64,000 nucleotides of DNA from an uncultured Gemmatimonadaceae bacterium (GCA_963716745.1 OY970320.1:672001-736000); one strand, 5' to 3'; shown: positions 1 to 9,952, counted from the stretch's first letter. Notes: generated from the letters alone by a model not told the origin. Made by a program: numbers and translations.

Positions 1-1164
1 CCGAGCACCGCCACCTGTGGCTGGCTGATGATCGGCGTGCCCATGAGCGAGCCGAATACGCCGGGATTCGTGATGGTGAACGTGCCGCCCGCTACTTCGT
101 CCGGCTGCAGCTTCTTCGCGCGCGCGCGCGCCGCGAGGTCGTTGAGCGTGCGCGTGATCCCGGCGAGCGAGAGATCGTCGGCGCGCTTGATCACCGGCAC
201 GATGAGCCCCCAGTCGAGCGCGACCGCGACACCGATGTTGAACTGCTTGCGATAGATGACGTTGTTGCCGGCCACCGAGGAATTCATGATCGGGAATTCC
301 TTGAGGCCCTTCACCACCGTCTTGATGATGAACGGCATGTACGTGAGCTTCTGGCCGGTGGCCTGTTCGAAGGCCGCGCGCTGCGCCGCGCGGATGCGCG
401 CGACGCGCGTGAAGTCGATCTCCATGAACGACGTCACGTGCGCCGAAGTGCGGCGCGAGAGCACCATGTGCTCGCTGATCTTCTGCCGCATGACCGACAT
501 GGGCTCCACCACGTCGCCGGGCCACGCCTCGGGCATGGGCCCATGTTGCACGGCGCCCGTGGGCGCGTGCATCGACGGCGGCGCCATCGGCGGCGCCGCG
601 GCGGCAGCGCGTGCGGCTGGAGCCGCGGCGGCCGCGCCGCCCGAAGCGACGTAGCGCTCGAGGTCCTTCTTCGTGACGCGACCGGCGATGCCGGATCCCT
701 GCATCGCGGTCACTTCGATCCCCTTGTCGGCAGCCATCTTGCGGACGAGCGGCGACGAGCGCGTGCGCACGCGATCCTCGAACGAACCGGCGGGCGCGGC
801 CGGTGCGGCGGGCGCGGCGGCCCTTCGGAGCGGCCGGCGTTGCGGCGGCCGCGGCGGGCGCACTCTGCGCAGCCGGCGCCGTCGGCGCCGCGGCGCGCGA
901 CGGAGCGACCGCCGCCGCGCCCTTCTCGGTCTCGAGGCGCGCGACGATCGTCTGCACCGGTACCGTCTGCCCTTCCGTCACGAGGATCTCCACGAGGACG
1001 CCGGCGTTGGGCGCGGGGATCTCCGCGTCCACCTTGTCCGTGCTGATCTCGAAGATCGGCTCGTCGCGCTTCACCTCGTCGCCCACCTTCTTCAACCAGC
1101 GGGACAACGTGCCCTCGGCGATCGACTCGCCCATCTGAGGCATGATCACATCAATGCGTGCCAC
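1..1164 (-). CDS. 2-oxoacid dehydrogenase E2 (dihydrolipoamide acyltransferase); 3'-truncated by the window edge, one frameshift in the Ala/Pro linker
   Basis: Read by hand (absent from the ORF track). GTG at 1164 gives [19 protein letters not shown]...[12 protein letters not shown] (lipoyl domain). Downstream, in a different frame, are [14 protein letters not shown] (E3-binding) and [27 protein letters not shown] (catalytic domain). Confidence 0.93.
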   Translation of the reverse strand, partial: MARIDVIMPQMGESIAEGTLSRWLKKVGDEVKRDEPIFEISTDKVDAEIPAPNAGVLVEILVTEGQTVPVQTIVARLETEKGAAAVAPSRAAAPTAPAAQSAPAAAAATPAAPKGRRARRTGRARRFVRGSRAHALVAARPQDGCRQGDRSDRDAGIRHRRSRHEEGPRALRRFGRRGRRGSSRTRCRRGAADGAAVDARAHGRRATWAHARGVARRRGGAHVGHAAEDQRAHGALAPHFGARDVVHGDRLHARRAHPRGAARGLRTGHRPEAHVHAVHHQDGGEGPQGIPDHEFLGGRQQRHLSQAVQHRCRGRARLGAHRAGDQARRRSLARRDHAHAQRPRGARAREEAAAGRSSGRHVHHHESRRIRLAHGHADHQPATGGGAR

Positions 1165-1168
1165 TGGA

Positions 1169-1450
1169 TCAACTCCGCGCTGAATTCCCTGGACCGCCCC
1201 TCCCTCGCCGCAGCCGCCAGAACACCAGCGACGGCAACAGCACGACCCCCACGACCGCCGCCGGCAGCACGTAGCTCCACGTGTCGCACGCCGGCATCCC
1301 TTCCGGCGGCGCGCAATTCCGCGCGCTGCCGACCACCTTCGCCACCAGGGCGCCGACCATCCCGCCGCCGAAGAACCCCGGGATCATCATCAAACAGCCT
1401 ATCGCGAACCGGTTCGGCCGTACCGCCGCCGGCTCCTTCCCTGCCGTCAC
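1169..1450 (-). CDS. small two-TM hypothetical membrane protein
   Basis: 93 aa ORF packed between E1b and E2; two hydrophobic segments and a Cys pair in the loop. Confidence 0.7.
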   Translation of the reverse strand: MTAGKEPAAVRPNRFAIGCLMMIPGFFGGGMVGALVAKVVGSARNCAPPEGMPACDTWSYVLPAAVVGVVLLPSLVFWRLRRGRGGPGNSARS

Positions 1451-1451
1451 G

Positions 1452-2429
1452 CTAGTATCCCGCGAGCCGTCGCGCCACGGTCACGATGTCCGCCGTCTGC
1501 GGCAGCACGTAATCCTCGAGCGGCGGCGCGTACGGCAGCGGCACATCGGCCGCGGTCACGCGCAGCACCGGCGCATCGAGCCACTCGAACGCGTGTTCGT
1601 TGATGCGCGCCGTGACCTCGCCCGCGATCCCGCCCGTTCGCGTGTCCTCGTGCACGATCATCACGCGGTTCGTCTTCTTCACCGTCGCGATGATCGCCTC
1701 GTCATCCATGGGCAGCAGCGACCGCAGATCGATCACCTCGACGCTCAGCCCGTCGCTCTTCTCCAACTCCTCCGCCGCCTCGAGCGCCTTCCACACGGTG
1801 GCGGCGTACGTGATGATCGACAGGTCTCTCCCCTCGCGCGCTGTGCGCGCCTTGCCGATCGGCACGACGTGATCGCCGGCGGGCATCTCCTCCTTGATCC
1901 GGCGATACAGATACTTGTGCTCGAAGAACAGCACCGGATCCTCGTCCCGGATCGCCGCCTTCATCAGGCCCTTCGCGTCGCTCGCCGTGGCCGGGTACAC
2001 GATCTTGAGGCCGGGCGTGTGCAGGAACGCCGCCTCCGGATTCTGCGAATGGAACGGTCCGCCGCGCACGTACCCGCCGCTCGGCCCGCGCACCACCATC
2101 GGGCACGCGAGCATCGCGCGGTAGCGCGACGTCGCGACGTAGTTCGTGAGCATGTCGTAGGCGCACGAGATGAAATCGATGAACTGCATCTCGACCACCG
2201 GCCGCATCCCCATGTGCGCCGCACCCGCGGCCGCGCCGACGATCGCCGCCTCGGAGATCGGCGTGTCGATCACGCGCTGCTCGCCGAACTTCGCCATGAG
2301 GCCGTCGGTCACCTTGAACGCGCCGCCGTACGCGCCGACGTCCTCGCCGAGCACGAACACGTTCTTGTCGCGCTCCATCTCCTCGAAGAGCGCCTGGCGG
2401 ATCGCCTCGAGATACGTGATCTCAGCCAT
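1452..2429 (-). CDS. 2-oxoacid (pyruvate/branched-chain) dehydrogenase E1 beta subunit
   Basis: MAEITYLEAIRQAL, GEDVGAYGGAF, DTPISEAAIVG, GGPFHSQ; start taken at ATG 2429. Confidence 0.95.
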   Translation of the reverse strand: MAEITYLEAIRQALFEEMERDKNVFVLGEDVGAYGGAFKVTDGLMAKFGEQRVIDTPISEAAIVGAAAGAAHMGMRPVVEMQFIDFISCAYDMLTNYVATSRYRAMLACPMVVRGPSGGYVRGGPFHSQNPEAAFLHTPGLKIVYPATASDAKGLMKAAIRDEDPVLFFEHKYLYRRIKEEMPAGDHVVPIGKARTAREGRDLSIITYAATVWKALEAAEELEKSDGLSVEVIDLRSLLPMDDEAIIATVKKTNRVMIVHEDTRTGGIAGEVTARINEHAFEWLDAPVLRVTAADVPLPYAPPLEDYVLPQTADIVTVARRLAGY

Positions 2430-3552
2430 TGAACGTTCCCCACGAAGCGGGCCGCTCGTGCTGCGCCACCGCGGACCGCACGCCTTCGCGGAACCAGAGC
2501 GGTTCGGTGGCGGCCGGATCGGCGTAGATGCCCGCGAGCGCGTCGCCCGCTTCGGGCATCGGCGACTGCTCGGCAAGATCGGTCGCCTCGTCGATCTCCT
2601 GCTTCACGCGCGCGTCGATCTTCTCGAGCGCCGAGCGCTTCTCCTGCTCCTCGTCGAGCAGCACGCGCACGTAGCGGTCGAGCGGATCGTTGTTCTTCTC
2701 CCACCACTCGATCTCGCCTTCGGGTACGTAGCTCTGATTGTCGTGCTCGGCATGTCCCTTGCGGCGGTAGGTGATGAGCTCGACGAGCGTCACGCCCTCG
2801 CCGCGGCGCGCGCGGTCCACCGCGCGCTTGGTCACGTCGTACGTCGCGAGCACATCGTTGCCGTCGGCCTGCACGCCGGGGATCCCGTACGCGAGCGCCT
2901 TGTCCTTCAGCTCCTTCACCGCGGTCTGTTTGCTCGTGGGGGTCGAGTAGGCGTAGCCGTTGTTCTCGACGATCACCACGAGCGGGCACTTCTGCACCGC
3001 CGCGAAGTTGATCCCCTCGTGGAACGCGCCCGTGGAGGTCGCGCCGTCGCCAATGTACACGAGGCCTACGCGGTCCTCGCCCCGCATCTTGAAGGAGAGC
3101 GTGATGCCGGCCATCACCGGCACCATGTCGCCCAGGTGCGAGATCTGTCCGACGAACCCGCGCACGAGATCGCCGAAGTGGATGTTCAGCTCGCGCCCGC
3201 GCGTGGGCGAATCGCCCTTCGCCATGTACTGCCGGATGATCTCGAGGGGCGTCGCGCCCTGCACCAGCATCGAGCCAAGGTTCCGAATGAGCGGGCTCAA
3301 GAAATCGCCCTTGCCGCGGTCGAGCGCGAAGGCGCTGCCCACCGCGTCGGCCTCCTGCCCCAGTGACCGGAAGAGTCCGCCCACCACTTTCGTTTGGCGG
3401 TACAGATTCACGAGTCGCTCCTCGAGCGACCGCGTGAGCCGCATGTAGTAATAGAGCTGGAGCTTCTGCTCCTTCGAGAGCGATGCCGACGGGCGGTCCG
3501 CTTCGCGCGACGGCGCAGCGGGGACGATGCGGGGCGCGGCGCCGGACGGCAT
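2422..3552 (-). CDS. 2-oxoacid dehydrogenase E1 alpha subunit (TPP-dependent)
   Basis: TPP motif GDGATSTGAFHEGINFA...ENNGYAYS; TYRRKGHAEHD. Confidence 0.95.
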   Translation of the reverse strand: MPSGAAPRIVPAAPSREADRPSASLSKEQKLQLYYYMRLTRSLEERLVNLYRQTKVVGGLFRSLGQEADAVGSAFALDRGKGDFLSPLIRNLGSMLVQGATPLEIIRQYMAKGDSPTRGRELNIHFGDLVRGFVGQISHLGDMVPVMAGITLSFKMRGEDRVGLVYIGDGATSTGAFHEGINFAAVQKCPLVVIVENNGYAYSTPTSKQTAVKELKDKALAYGIPGVQADGNDVLATYDVTKRAVDRARRGEGVTLVELITYRRKGHAEHDNQSYVPEGEIEWWEKNNDPLDRYVRVLLDEEQEKRSALEKIDARVKQEIDEATDLAEQSPMPEAGDALAGIYADPAATEPLWFREGVRSAVAQHERPASWGTFNG

Positions 3553-3845
3553 CAGTAGGCGGCCTCGAGCGTGCGGGCGGGCTCTTCCGCCTTCCGCACT
3601 TTCACGAAATACCGCTTCACGTTGCGGTCCAGCCGGCTCTCGCCGGTCTGGTCGGTGTCCGCCTCGATGAACGTGTAGTGCCCGCCATCGGGGCGGATTC
3701 TGAGCGTCATGGTGCCGAGCGTTCCCGAGAACGCGCGCGAATGCGCGAGCGACGAGGTCTTCGCGAGACCGATCGTCGGGAAGAATTCGTCGGCGAGCTT
3801 GAGCGCCGCATCGGATGAAATGTGCGTGCGATGATAGTGGCGCAT
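3552..3845 (-). CDS. hypothetical protein (97 aa)
   Basis: MRHYHRTHISSDAALKLADEFF...; its stop overlaps the E1a start. Confidence 0.7.
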   Translation of the reverse strand: MRHYHRTHISSDAALKLADEFFPTIGLAKTSSLAHSRAFSGTLGTMTLRIRPDGGHYTFIEADTDQTGESRLDRNVKRYFVKVRKAEEPARTLEAAY

Positions 3846-3847
3846 GT

Positions 3848-4312
3848 TCAATGGACCTCGCCGCTGGCGTTGTTCACCGTTTGCATCCAGTCCACCTGCT
3901 CGAGTTTCTGCGTGGAATCCTTCCGGAAGCGCAATCCCATCGCCCAGTCGCCGGCGATCGTGTAATTCAGGTTCGCGTAGTACGTGCCCGGTTCCGCGCC
4001 CGCCACGAAGGTGTCCCACACCTTCACGACCGGCACGTCGACGTACTTGTCACCGATCTTCTGCTTGGGATTCGTGTTCCCGTACAGGATCCCCTCGCCG
4101 CCGTTGATCGGCTCCTTCGTGTCCTTGTCCCGCACGACGATCTTGAACGTCACACGCTCGCGCGCGCGCGGCGGCGCCGGGTCGCTCGTGACGCGCATCA
4201 TGTATTTGTCGGTGTACGCCGGCATGCCCTTCTCCGGCTCCTGCCCGCACACCGCGGCGACGAACACCACCGCCGCGAGCGCCGCGATCCGCATCGGGAA
4301 CGCGCGCCTCAT
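3848..4312 (-). CDS. exported Ig-fold (YtkA/FixH-like) protein, possible lipoprotein
   Basis: Signal peptide ending VAAVC; SDPAPP...VTFKIVVRDKDT..PING and EPGTYYANLNYTIAGDW resemble the YtkA-like pattern; start overlaps the ino1 stop. Confidence 0.6.
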   Translation of the reverse strand: MRRAFPMRIAALAAVVFVAAVCGQEPEKGMPAYTDKYMMRVTSDPAPPRARERVTFKIVVRDKDTKEPINGGEGILYGNTNPKQKIGDKYVDVPVVKVWDTFVAGAEPGTYYANLNYTIAGDWAMGLRFRKDSTQKLEQVDWMQTVNNASGEVH

Positions 4313-5643
4313 GAGGAGTAGTACTCCAGGCCGAGGTGCGTGATCTGCTCCTCGCCCATGAGATGGCGCAGCGTGTTCTTGAGTTTCGTCTGCTGGATGA
4401 ACAGGTCGTGCTCCGGCTGCAGCCCGGGCGCCGCCATGGGACTCTTGAAGTAGAACGACAGCCACTCCTGGATCCCCTTCATTCCCGCGCGATGCGCGAA
4501 GTCCATGAAGAGCGCGAGATCCAGCACGATCGGTGCCGCCAGGATCGAATCTCGGCATAGGAAGTTCACCTTGATCTGCATGGGGTAGCCCATCCAGCCC
4601 ACGATGTCGATGTTGTCCCAGCCTTCCTTGTTGTCGCCGCGCGGCGGGTAGTAGTTGATGCGCACCACGTGCGAGAAGCCCTGGTACAGATCGGGATACT
4701 GCTCCGGCTGCAGGATCGTGTGCAGCACGCTGAGCTTGGACTCTTCCTTGGTCTTGAACGACTGCGGATCGTCGAGCACCTCGCCGTCGCGATTGCCGAG
4801 GATGTTGGTGGAGTACCAGCCGGCGAGACCGAGCATGCGCGCCTTGAGCGCCGGCGCGATGACGGTCTTCATCCAGGTCTGGCCTGTCTTGAAATCCTTG
4901 CCGGCGATCGGGAGCCCCTGCTTGCCCGCGAGCTCGACCAGCGCGGGCGAGTCCACCGTGAGATTCGGCGCGCCGTTCGCGAAGGGGACGCCCTCCATGA
5001 GCGCCGCCCACGCATAGAGCATCGAGGGCGCGATCGACTCGTCGTTGCACGCCATCGCTTTTTCGAACGCTTCGAGCGACGCGTGCGCCGGGCCGGGCGT
5101 GATGAAGATCTCTGTGCTCGCGCACCACACCATCACGAGGCGGTCGCACTCGTGCTTCGCCTTGAAGTCGCGGATGTCCTGGCGCAACTGCTCGGCGAGA
5201 TCGCGCTTGGTCTTGCCCGTCTTCACGTTCGTGCCGGTGATGCGCGTGACGTAGTGATTGTCGAACACGGCGGGCATCGGCTTGATCGCGGCGAGGAAAT
5301 CGGCGATCGGCGCGAGATGCTTCTCCTCGAGCACGCCGGCCTTCCGCGCGGCGGTGAGCGCATCATCCGGGATCGGATCCCATGCGCCGAACACCAAGTC
5401 CTTCATCGAACTGAGCGGCGCGAAATCCTTGATGAGCGGCGCGCGGTGCTCGGTGCGCTTGCCCAGGCGGATCGTGGCCATCTGCGTGAGCGAACCGATC
5501 GGCTTCGCCAGGCCGCGGCGCGCATTCTCCACGCCGGCGATGAAGGTCGTCGCGACCGCGCCAAGACCCGGAGTGAGCACGCCGAGCCGGCCGGTTGCCG
5601 GGCGCGGCGCGGGGCGCGCGCCGCCGGTGGACGATCCCTGCAC
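4309..5643 (-). CDS. ino1: myo-inositol-3(1)-phosphate synthase
   Basis: GLGAVATTF, WCASTE, NGAPN, GKDFKTGQT, STNILGNRDG, GDNKEGWD, CRDSILAAP, SFYFKSP. Confidence 0.95.
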   Translation of the reverse strand: MQGSSTGGARPAPRPATGRLGVLTPGLGAVATTFIAGVENARRGLAKPIGSLTQMATIRLGKRTEHRAPLIKDFAPLSSMKDLVFGAWDPIPDDALTAARKAGVLEEKHLAPIADFLAAIKPMPAVFDNHYVTRITGTNVKTGKTKRDLAEQLRQDIRDFKAKHECDRLVMVWCASTEIFITPGPAHASLEAFEKAMACNDESIAPSMLYAWAALMEGVPFANGAPNLTVDSPALVELAGKQGLPIAGKDFKTGQTWMKTVIAPALKARMLGLAGWYSTNILGNRDGEVLDDPQSFKTKEESKLSVLHTILQPEQYPDLYQGFSHVVRINYYPPRGDNKEGWDNIDIVGWMGYPMQIKVNFLCRDSILAAPIVLDLALFMDFAHRAGMKGIQEWLSFYFKSPMAAPGLQPEHDLFIQQTKLKNTLRHLMGEEQITHLGLEYYSS

Positions 5644-5646
5644 TCG

Positions 5647-6288
5647 CTATTCTCCTCTCGCGCGTTCCGAGCCGCCGCGGTCCGCCGCACGGTACACGGC
5701 GACGATCCGCTGCGCAGCCGTGAGCCACGCGGTAACGGTCAACAACACCAGGATCGCACTCAACACGAACCCATCCAGCGCGAGGCCGAAGAACGCCTGC
5801 GGCGCCGACAACAAGACCACTCGCTCGGGGCGCTGCAGCATCCCGACGCTCGCGTGCACGCCGATCGTCTCCGCGCGCGCCCGCGTATAGCTCGTGATGA
5901 ACGTGCCGATCAGGCCCAGCACGCTCACCGCCACCATCGCCAGCGCCCACGAACCGGGGCGCGACGCCCAGAACACCGCGAAGCTGCCGAGCACGAACCC
6001 GTCCGCCACGCGGTCGAGCGTCGAATCGTAGAACGCGCCGAACGCCGTGCTGCGTCCCGTGCGGCGCGCCACCGTTCCGTCGAGCACGTCGAAGAGCGCC
6101 GTGAGGCCGAGCACCCAGCCGCCGGTGCGAATGTGGCCCGTCGCGTAGAACCCGGCGGCCGTCATCGCGCTCAGCGTGCCAACGGTCGTGATCGTGTTCG
6201 GCGCGACGCCGAGACGCACCAACCCGTCCGCGACCGGTTCGATGAGCCTGAGATAACCGGAACGGAGCCAGCCCGGGAGGAAAGTCAT
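5647..6288 (-). CDS. CDP-alcohol phosphatidyltransferase, probable phosphatidylinositol-phosphate synthase
   Basis: Signature DVLDGTVARRTG...GAFYDSTLDRVAD, PNTIT, SYTRARAE, GMLQRPER; directly upstream of ino1. Confidence 0.88.
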   Translation of the reverse strand: MTFLPGWLRSGYLRLIEPVADGLVRLGVAPNTITTVGTLSAMTAAGFYATGHIRTGGWVLGLTALFDVLDGTVARRTGRSTAFGAFYDSTLDRVADGFVLGSFAVFWASRPGSWALAMVAVSVLGLIGTFITSYTRARAETIGVHASVGMLQRPERVVLLSAPQAFFGLALDGFVLSAILVLLTVTAWLTAAQRIVAVYRAADRGGSERARGE

Positions 6289-6366
6289 CGCGCGTTCGCC
6301 GGGCTCGCAGCCCGGCCGGTTAACTTATCCGGCCGCGATGCGCGGAGCAACCCGACGCCCGCCGCG

Positions 6367-7716
6367 CTATTGATAGATGAGGAAGCGCTTCGTCTTGCGC
6401 TTGAACTCGACCGTCGACGCGAGCGATGAGTCGATGATCTGGTCGGGGTCGAGCCCCTTGAGCAGCTTGTCGCGCACCGGCTCCCCGAACGTGCGCGCGA
6501 ACCCCACCGAATCGACCTTGAACGAGTCCGGGTGCGTCTTCTTGATCGCGAACGCGATCCACGCGCCGAGCCGCGACGTCTGCAGCACGCTGCGGTCGGT
6601 GACGGTGATACGGATCCCCTTCATCGTCTTCCCATTGTAGCGGAAGTCCGTGGGCTTCACCGGCGTCTCGGTCTCGACGGAGAATTTCACGCCGGGATGC
6701 GTGAAATCATCGAGCACGTTGATGACCTTCTTCGCGTTCATCCACGGCGCGCCCACCCACTGGAAGGGGACCGGCGTGCCGCGTCCCACCGAGACGTTCG
6801 ACGGCTCGAGGATGACGAGACCCGGATAGAGCGTGGCCGCCGCAAGCGACGTCATGTTGGGCGAGGGGTTCACCCACGGCAGCCCCGTGTGGTCGAACCA
6901 CCGCGAGCGCCGCCAGTTCGCCATCGGAATGACGTGCAGATCGGCGCCGAGTTGGAGTTCGCTGTTGTAAAGCTTCGCGAGCTCGCCCATGGTCATGCCG
7001 TGGCGCAGGGGGATCGGGTAGAGCGCGGTGGGCTGCGCCGAGCGCTCGGGGCTCTGGCTGCCGGCCCACGCGAGCGAACTGTCGAGCACCGGGCCTTCGA
7101 CGTCCTGGCCGTTGATCGGGTTCGGGCGATCGAGCACCAGCACCATCACATGATGCTGCGCGGCGGCACGCATCGCGTACACGACGCTCGCCGGATACGT
7201 CCACGGGCGCGCGCCAATGTCCTGCAGATCGATCACGAGCGCGTCGATCTGGTCGAGCGCGCTGTCGGGCGGCGGCAGCACGTTGTTCCCATAGAGCGAG
7301 ATGATGGGGAGTCCCGTGCTCTTGTCCGTGCCGCCGGCGACGTTCGTGTGGTCCTCGGTGCCGCGAATGCCATGCTCCGGGGAGAAGAGCATCAGGAGCT
7401 TCATCCCCGGCGCCTTGCCCTTCTTGCTCGCTTCGACGAGCAGGTCCGCGTCGCTCACCCCGTTCTCATCGATCCCCGTCTGGTTCGTGAGCAGACCGAC
7501 GCGCTTGTTCTCGAGGAGTTCCAGGCTGTCGCGGAGCAGCACCGTGATGCCCGGCAGCGTCTTCATCGCCTGCTTGCGCTGCGACATCGTCATTTGCAGC
7601 CCCTGCTGCGTATCGGGATCGGGATCCTCCCTCGGCGTGCTGGCGCAGGCGAGGGCGATGACGCCGGCGATGCCGGCGACTGCGGCGAACACGGTGCGTT
7701 TCTGCGTGCGGGTCAT
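6367..7716 (-). CDS. namZ: exo-beta-N-acetylmuramidase NamZ-like (DUF1343) lipoprotein
   Basis: Lipobox ALAC; VGLLTNQTG, FSPEHG, DLQDIGAR, LDRPNP, RHGMTMGELA, WVNPSPNM, SVGRGT. Confidence 0.88.
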   Translation of the reverse strand: MTRTQKRTVFAAVAGIAGVIALACASTPREDPDPDTQQGLQMTMSQRKQAMKTLPGITVLLRDSLELLENKRVGLLTNQTGIDENGVSDADLLVEASKKGKAPGMKLLMLFSPEHGIRGTEDHTNVAGGTDKSTGLPIISLYGNNVLPPPDSALDQIDALVIDLQDIGARPWTYPASVVYAMRAAAQHHVMVLVLDRPNPINGQDVEGPVLDSSLAWAGSQSPERSAQPTALYPIPLRHGMTMGELAKLYNSELQLGADLHVIPMANWRRSRWFDHTGLPWVNPSPNMTSLAAATLYPGLVILEPSNVSVGRGTPVPFQWVGAPWMNAKKVINVLDDFTHPGVKFSVETETPVKPTDFRYNGKTMKGIRITVTDRSVLQTSRLGAWIAFAIKKTHPDSFKVDSVGFARTFGEPVRDKLLKGLDPDQIIDSSLASTVEFKRKTKRFLIYQ

Positions 7717-7803
7717 TGAGGGGGGATGGGGGTGACGGGATAATACACCGGAGACACGAAGTTGGTCGGGGAGGGAGGTTTCATCGTTAACGCGCGACGT
7801 GCG

Positions 7804-7908
7804 GTGTCGTAACTGCAGACCTAGACGCTAGACCTAGACGATAGACTGCGGACCTCGTCTTCGCATTCTAACGTCTAGGTCTAGCGTCTAAGTCTGCAGT
7901 TACGACAC
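7804..7908. repeat. long inverted repeat with tandem CTAGAC(G) units
   Basis: 47-nt arms GTGTCGTAACTGCAGAC...TGCG / CGCA...GTCTGCAGTTACGACAC with 3 mismatches and an 11-nt loop. Confidence 0.9.
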
Positions 7909-7917
7909 GGGCCGTTC

Positions 7918-7946
7918 TTGAATTGGGCTTTGTTCGTCATTATACT
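7918..7946 (+). promoter_or_regulatory. sigma70-type promoter for the Fe-S carrier gene
   Basis: TTGAAT-N17-TATACT, 37 nt upstream of ATG 7984. Confidence 0.7.
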
Positions 7947-7983
7947 AGTAAACAGAGTCCCCCTCTATAACGAGGCCAGCGCC

Positions 7984-8340
7984 ATGAGCACCACCCAGGA
8001 ACCCACCATCGCCGTCACGCTCACCTCCGCCGCGGGCGTCGAGGTGAAGAAGTTCATGGAACAGGAAGGCGTCACCGAAGCGGCCGGCGGACTGCGCGTC
8101 AGCGTGCAGCCCGGCGGGTGCAGCGGCTTCAAGTACGGCCTGCTCATCGAGGAGAAGGCCGCCGACGACGATCTCGTCGTCGATCAGGAAGGCGTCCGCG
8201 TCTTCGTCGACCCTTTCTCCGCCCAGTACCTGAACGGCGTCACGATCGACTACGTGACGTCGATGCAAGGTTCGGGATTCACGTTCAAGAATCCGAACTC
8301 CACCGGCGGCTGCGGCTGCGGCAGCTCGTTCAACGCGTAG
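7984..8340 (+). CDS. A-type iron-sulfur cluster carrier (IscA/ErpA/SufA family)
   Basis: GGCSGFKY, GVTIDY, NPNSTGGCGCGSSF. Confidence 0.95.
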   Translation: MSTTQEPTIAVTLTSAAGVEVKKFMEQEGVTEAAGGLRVSVQPGGCSGFKYGLLIEEKAADDDLVVDQEGVRVFVDPFSAQYLNGVTIDYVTSMQGSGFTFKNPNSTGGCGCGSSFNA

Positions 8341-8364
8341 CATTGCGTCGGGCTGACGCGCGCG

Positions 8365-8399
8365 AGGCCCGCGACCGCACTGTCGGTCGCGGGCCTTTT
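8365..8399 (+). terminator. intrinsic terminator
   Basis: AGGCCCGCGACCG-loop-CGGTCGCGGGCC followed by TTTT, after the Fe-S carrier gene. Confidence 0.75.
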
Positions 8400-8416
8400 C
8401 ACATCCCCCGCCCCAC

Positions 8417-9952
8417 ATGAACGCCGCGAGCCGTTTCGGCTGGATCGATCTCGCGGTGCTCGTCGCGTATCTCGTGGGCGTCACGCTGCTCGGCCTCCGC
8501 CTCGGCCGCCGGCAGGAGAACGCGAGCGATTATTTCGTCGCATCGCGGCGCATCCCGTGGTGGGCGGTGATGTTCTCGGTGGTCGCCACCGAGACGAGCG
8601 CGCTCACGTTCATCTCGATTCCCGGGCTCGCGTACATCGGCGATCTCGGATTCCTCCAGATCGCCGCGGGATACATCCTCGGCCGCATCGTCGTCGCGCG
8701 CACACTGCTGCCGCGCTATTACCAGGGTGAGCTGGTCACCGCATACACGCTGCTCGAGACGCGATTCGGCGTCGCGACGCGGCGCTTCACGTCCATCGTG
8801 TTCATGGTCACGCGCGCGATGGCGGATTCGGTGCGCGTGTTCGCGACGGCGATCCCCGTCGCGCTGATCATCGGACCCGCGTTCGCGGGCAGCGAACGCT
8901 CCTCCATGGTGGCCGCGATCCTCGTGCTCGGTGCGCTCACGGTGCTCTACACCTGGCGCGGCGGCATGCGCGCGGTGGTGTGGACAGAGCTGCTCCAGGC
9001 GGGCGTGTACATCCTGGGCGGCACCGCGGCACTCGTGCTCATCGGACATCTCGCGCCCGGCGGGTGGTCATCGATCCTGCACGACGCGTCGGCAGCCGGG
9101 AAACTCCGAGTGATCGACCTCTACACCGGATTCGACCGCCCGCAAACGCTCATGGCCGGACTCATCGGCGGCGCCTTCCTCGCGATGGCGTCGCACGGCG
9201 CCGACCAGCTCATCGTGCAGCGCCTGCTCACTGCGCGCTCGCTCCGCGATTCGCAACGCGCGCTGATCGGCAGCGGCATCGCCGTATTCGTGCAGTTCAC
9301 GCTCTTCCTCATGATCGGCATCGGGCTCTGGAGCGTGATGCAATCGCGCTCGTTCGCCGTGCCCGATTCGGTGTTCCCCACGTTCATCGTGGAGCAGATG
9401 CCGGTGGGCCTGCTCGGCCTCGTGGTAGCCGCGATCGTCGCCGCCACGATGAGCACGCACGCCGGCGCGATCAATTCGCTCGCGACAGCCACCACGTACG
9501 ACATCTATCTGCCGCTCACCGGCCGCGCGCCCGGCGATCCCCGTGCGCTCCGCATGGGCAAGATCTTCGCGCTCACCTGGGGCACCGCACTCACACTCGG
9601 CGCGCTGCTGTTCCGCCAGCAGGGAACGCCGGCGGTCGTCGTCGCGCTCGGCATCGCGTCGTTCACCTACGGCGGGCTGCTCGGCGGCTTCTTCCTGGGT
9701 ATCTTATGGGCGCGCGCGCGGCAGACGGACGCGATCATCGGCATGAGCACCGGGATCATCACGATGGCGGCGATCGTGTTCGCGAGACCGCTCGCGCTCG
9801 CAGTGCCCGCCTGGGCGAACGCATTGGCGCCGGTGTCGCGCATCGCGTGGCCCTGGTACGTTCTAATCGGGACTTCGATCACGCTTGCAGTGGGCGTGCT
9901 CGCATCGTTCACCCACGCGGCGCCGCCGCATGCGGAGCCAGGAGTCACATGA
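8417..9952 (+). CDS. sodium:solute symporter (SSS family), probably amino-sugar uptake
   Basis: DYFVASRRIPWW, ATETSALTFISIPG, GGMRAVVWT, DQLIVQRLL; multiple TM helices. Confidence 0.9.
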   Translation: MNAASRFGWIDLAVLVAYLVGVTLLGLRLGRRQENASDYFVASRRIPWWAVMFSVVATETSALTFISIPGLAYIGDLGFLQIAAGYILGRIVVARTLLPRYYQGELVTAYTLLETRFGVATRRFTSIVFMVTRAMADSVRVFATAIPVALIIGPAFAGSERSSMVAAILVLGALTVLYTWRGGMRAVVWTELLQAGVYILGGTAALVLIGHLAPGGWSSILHDASAAGKLRVIDLYTGFDRPQTLMAGLIGGAFLAMASHGADQLIVQRLLTARSLRDSQRALIGSGIAVFVQFTLFLMIGIGLWSVMQSRSFAVPDSVFPTFIVEQMPVGLLGLVVAAIVAATMSTHAGAINSLATATTYDIYLPLTGRAPGDPRALRMGKIFALTWGTALTLGALLFRQQGTPAVVVALGIASFTYGGLLGGFFLGILWARARQTDAIIGMSTGIITMAAIVFARPLALAVPAWANALAPVSRIAWPWYVLIGTSITLAVGVLASFTHAAPPHAEPGVT

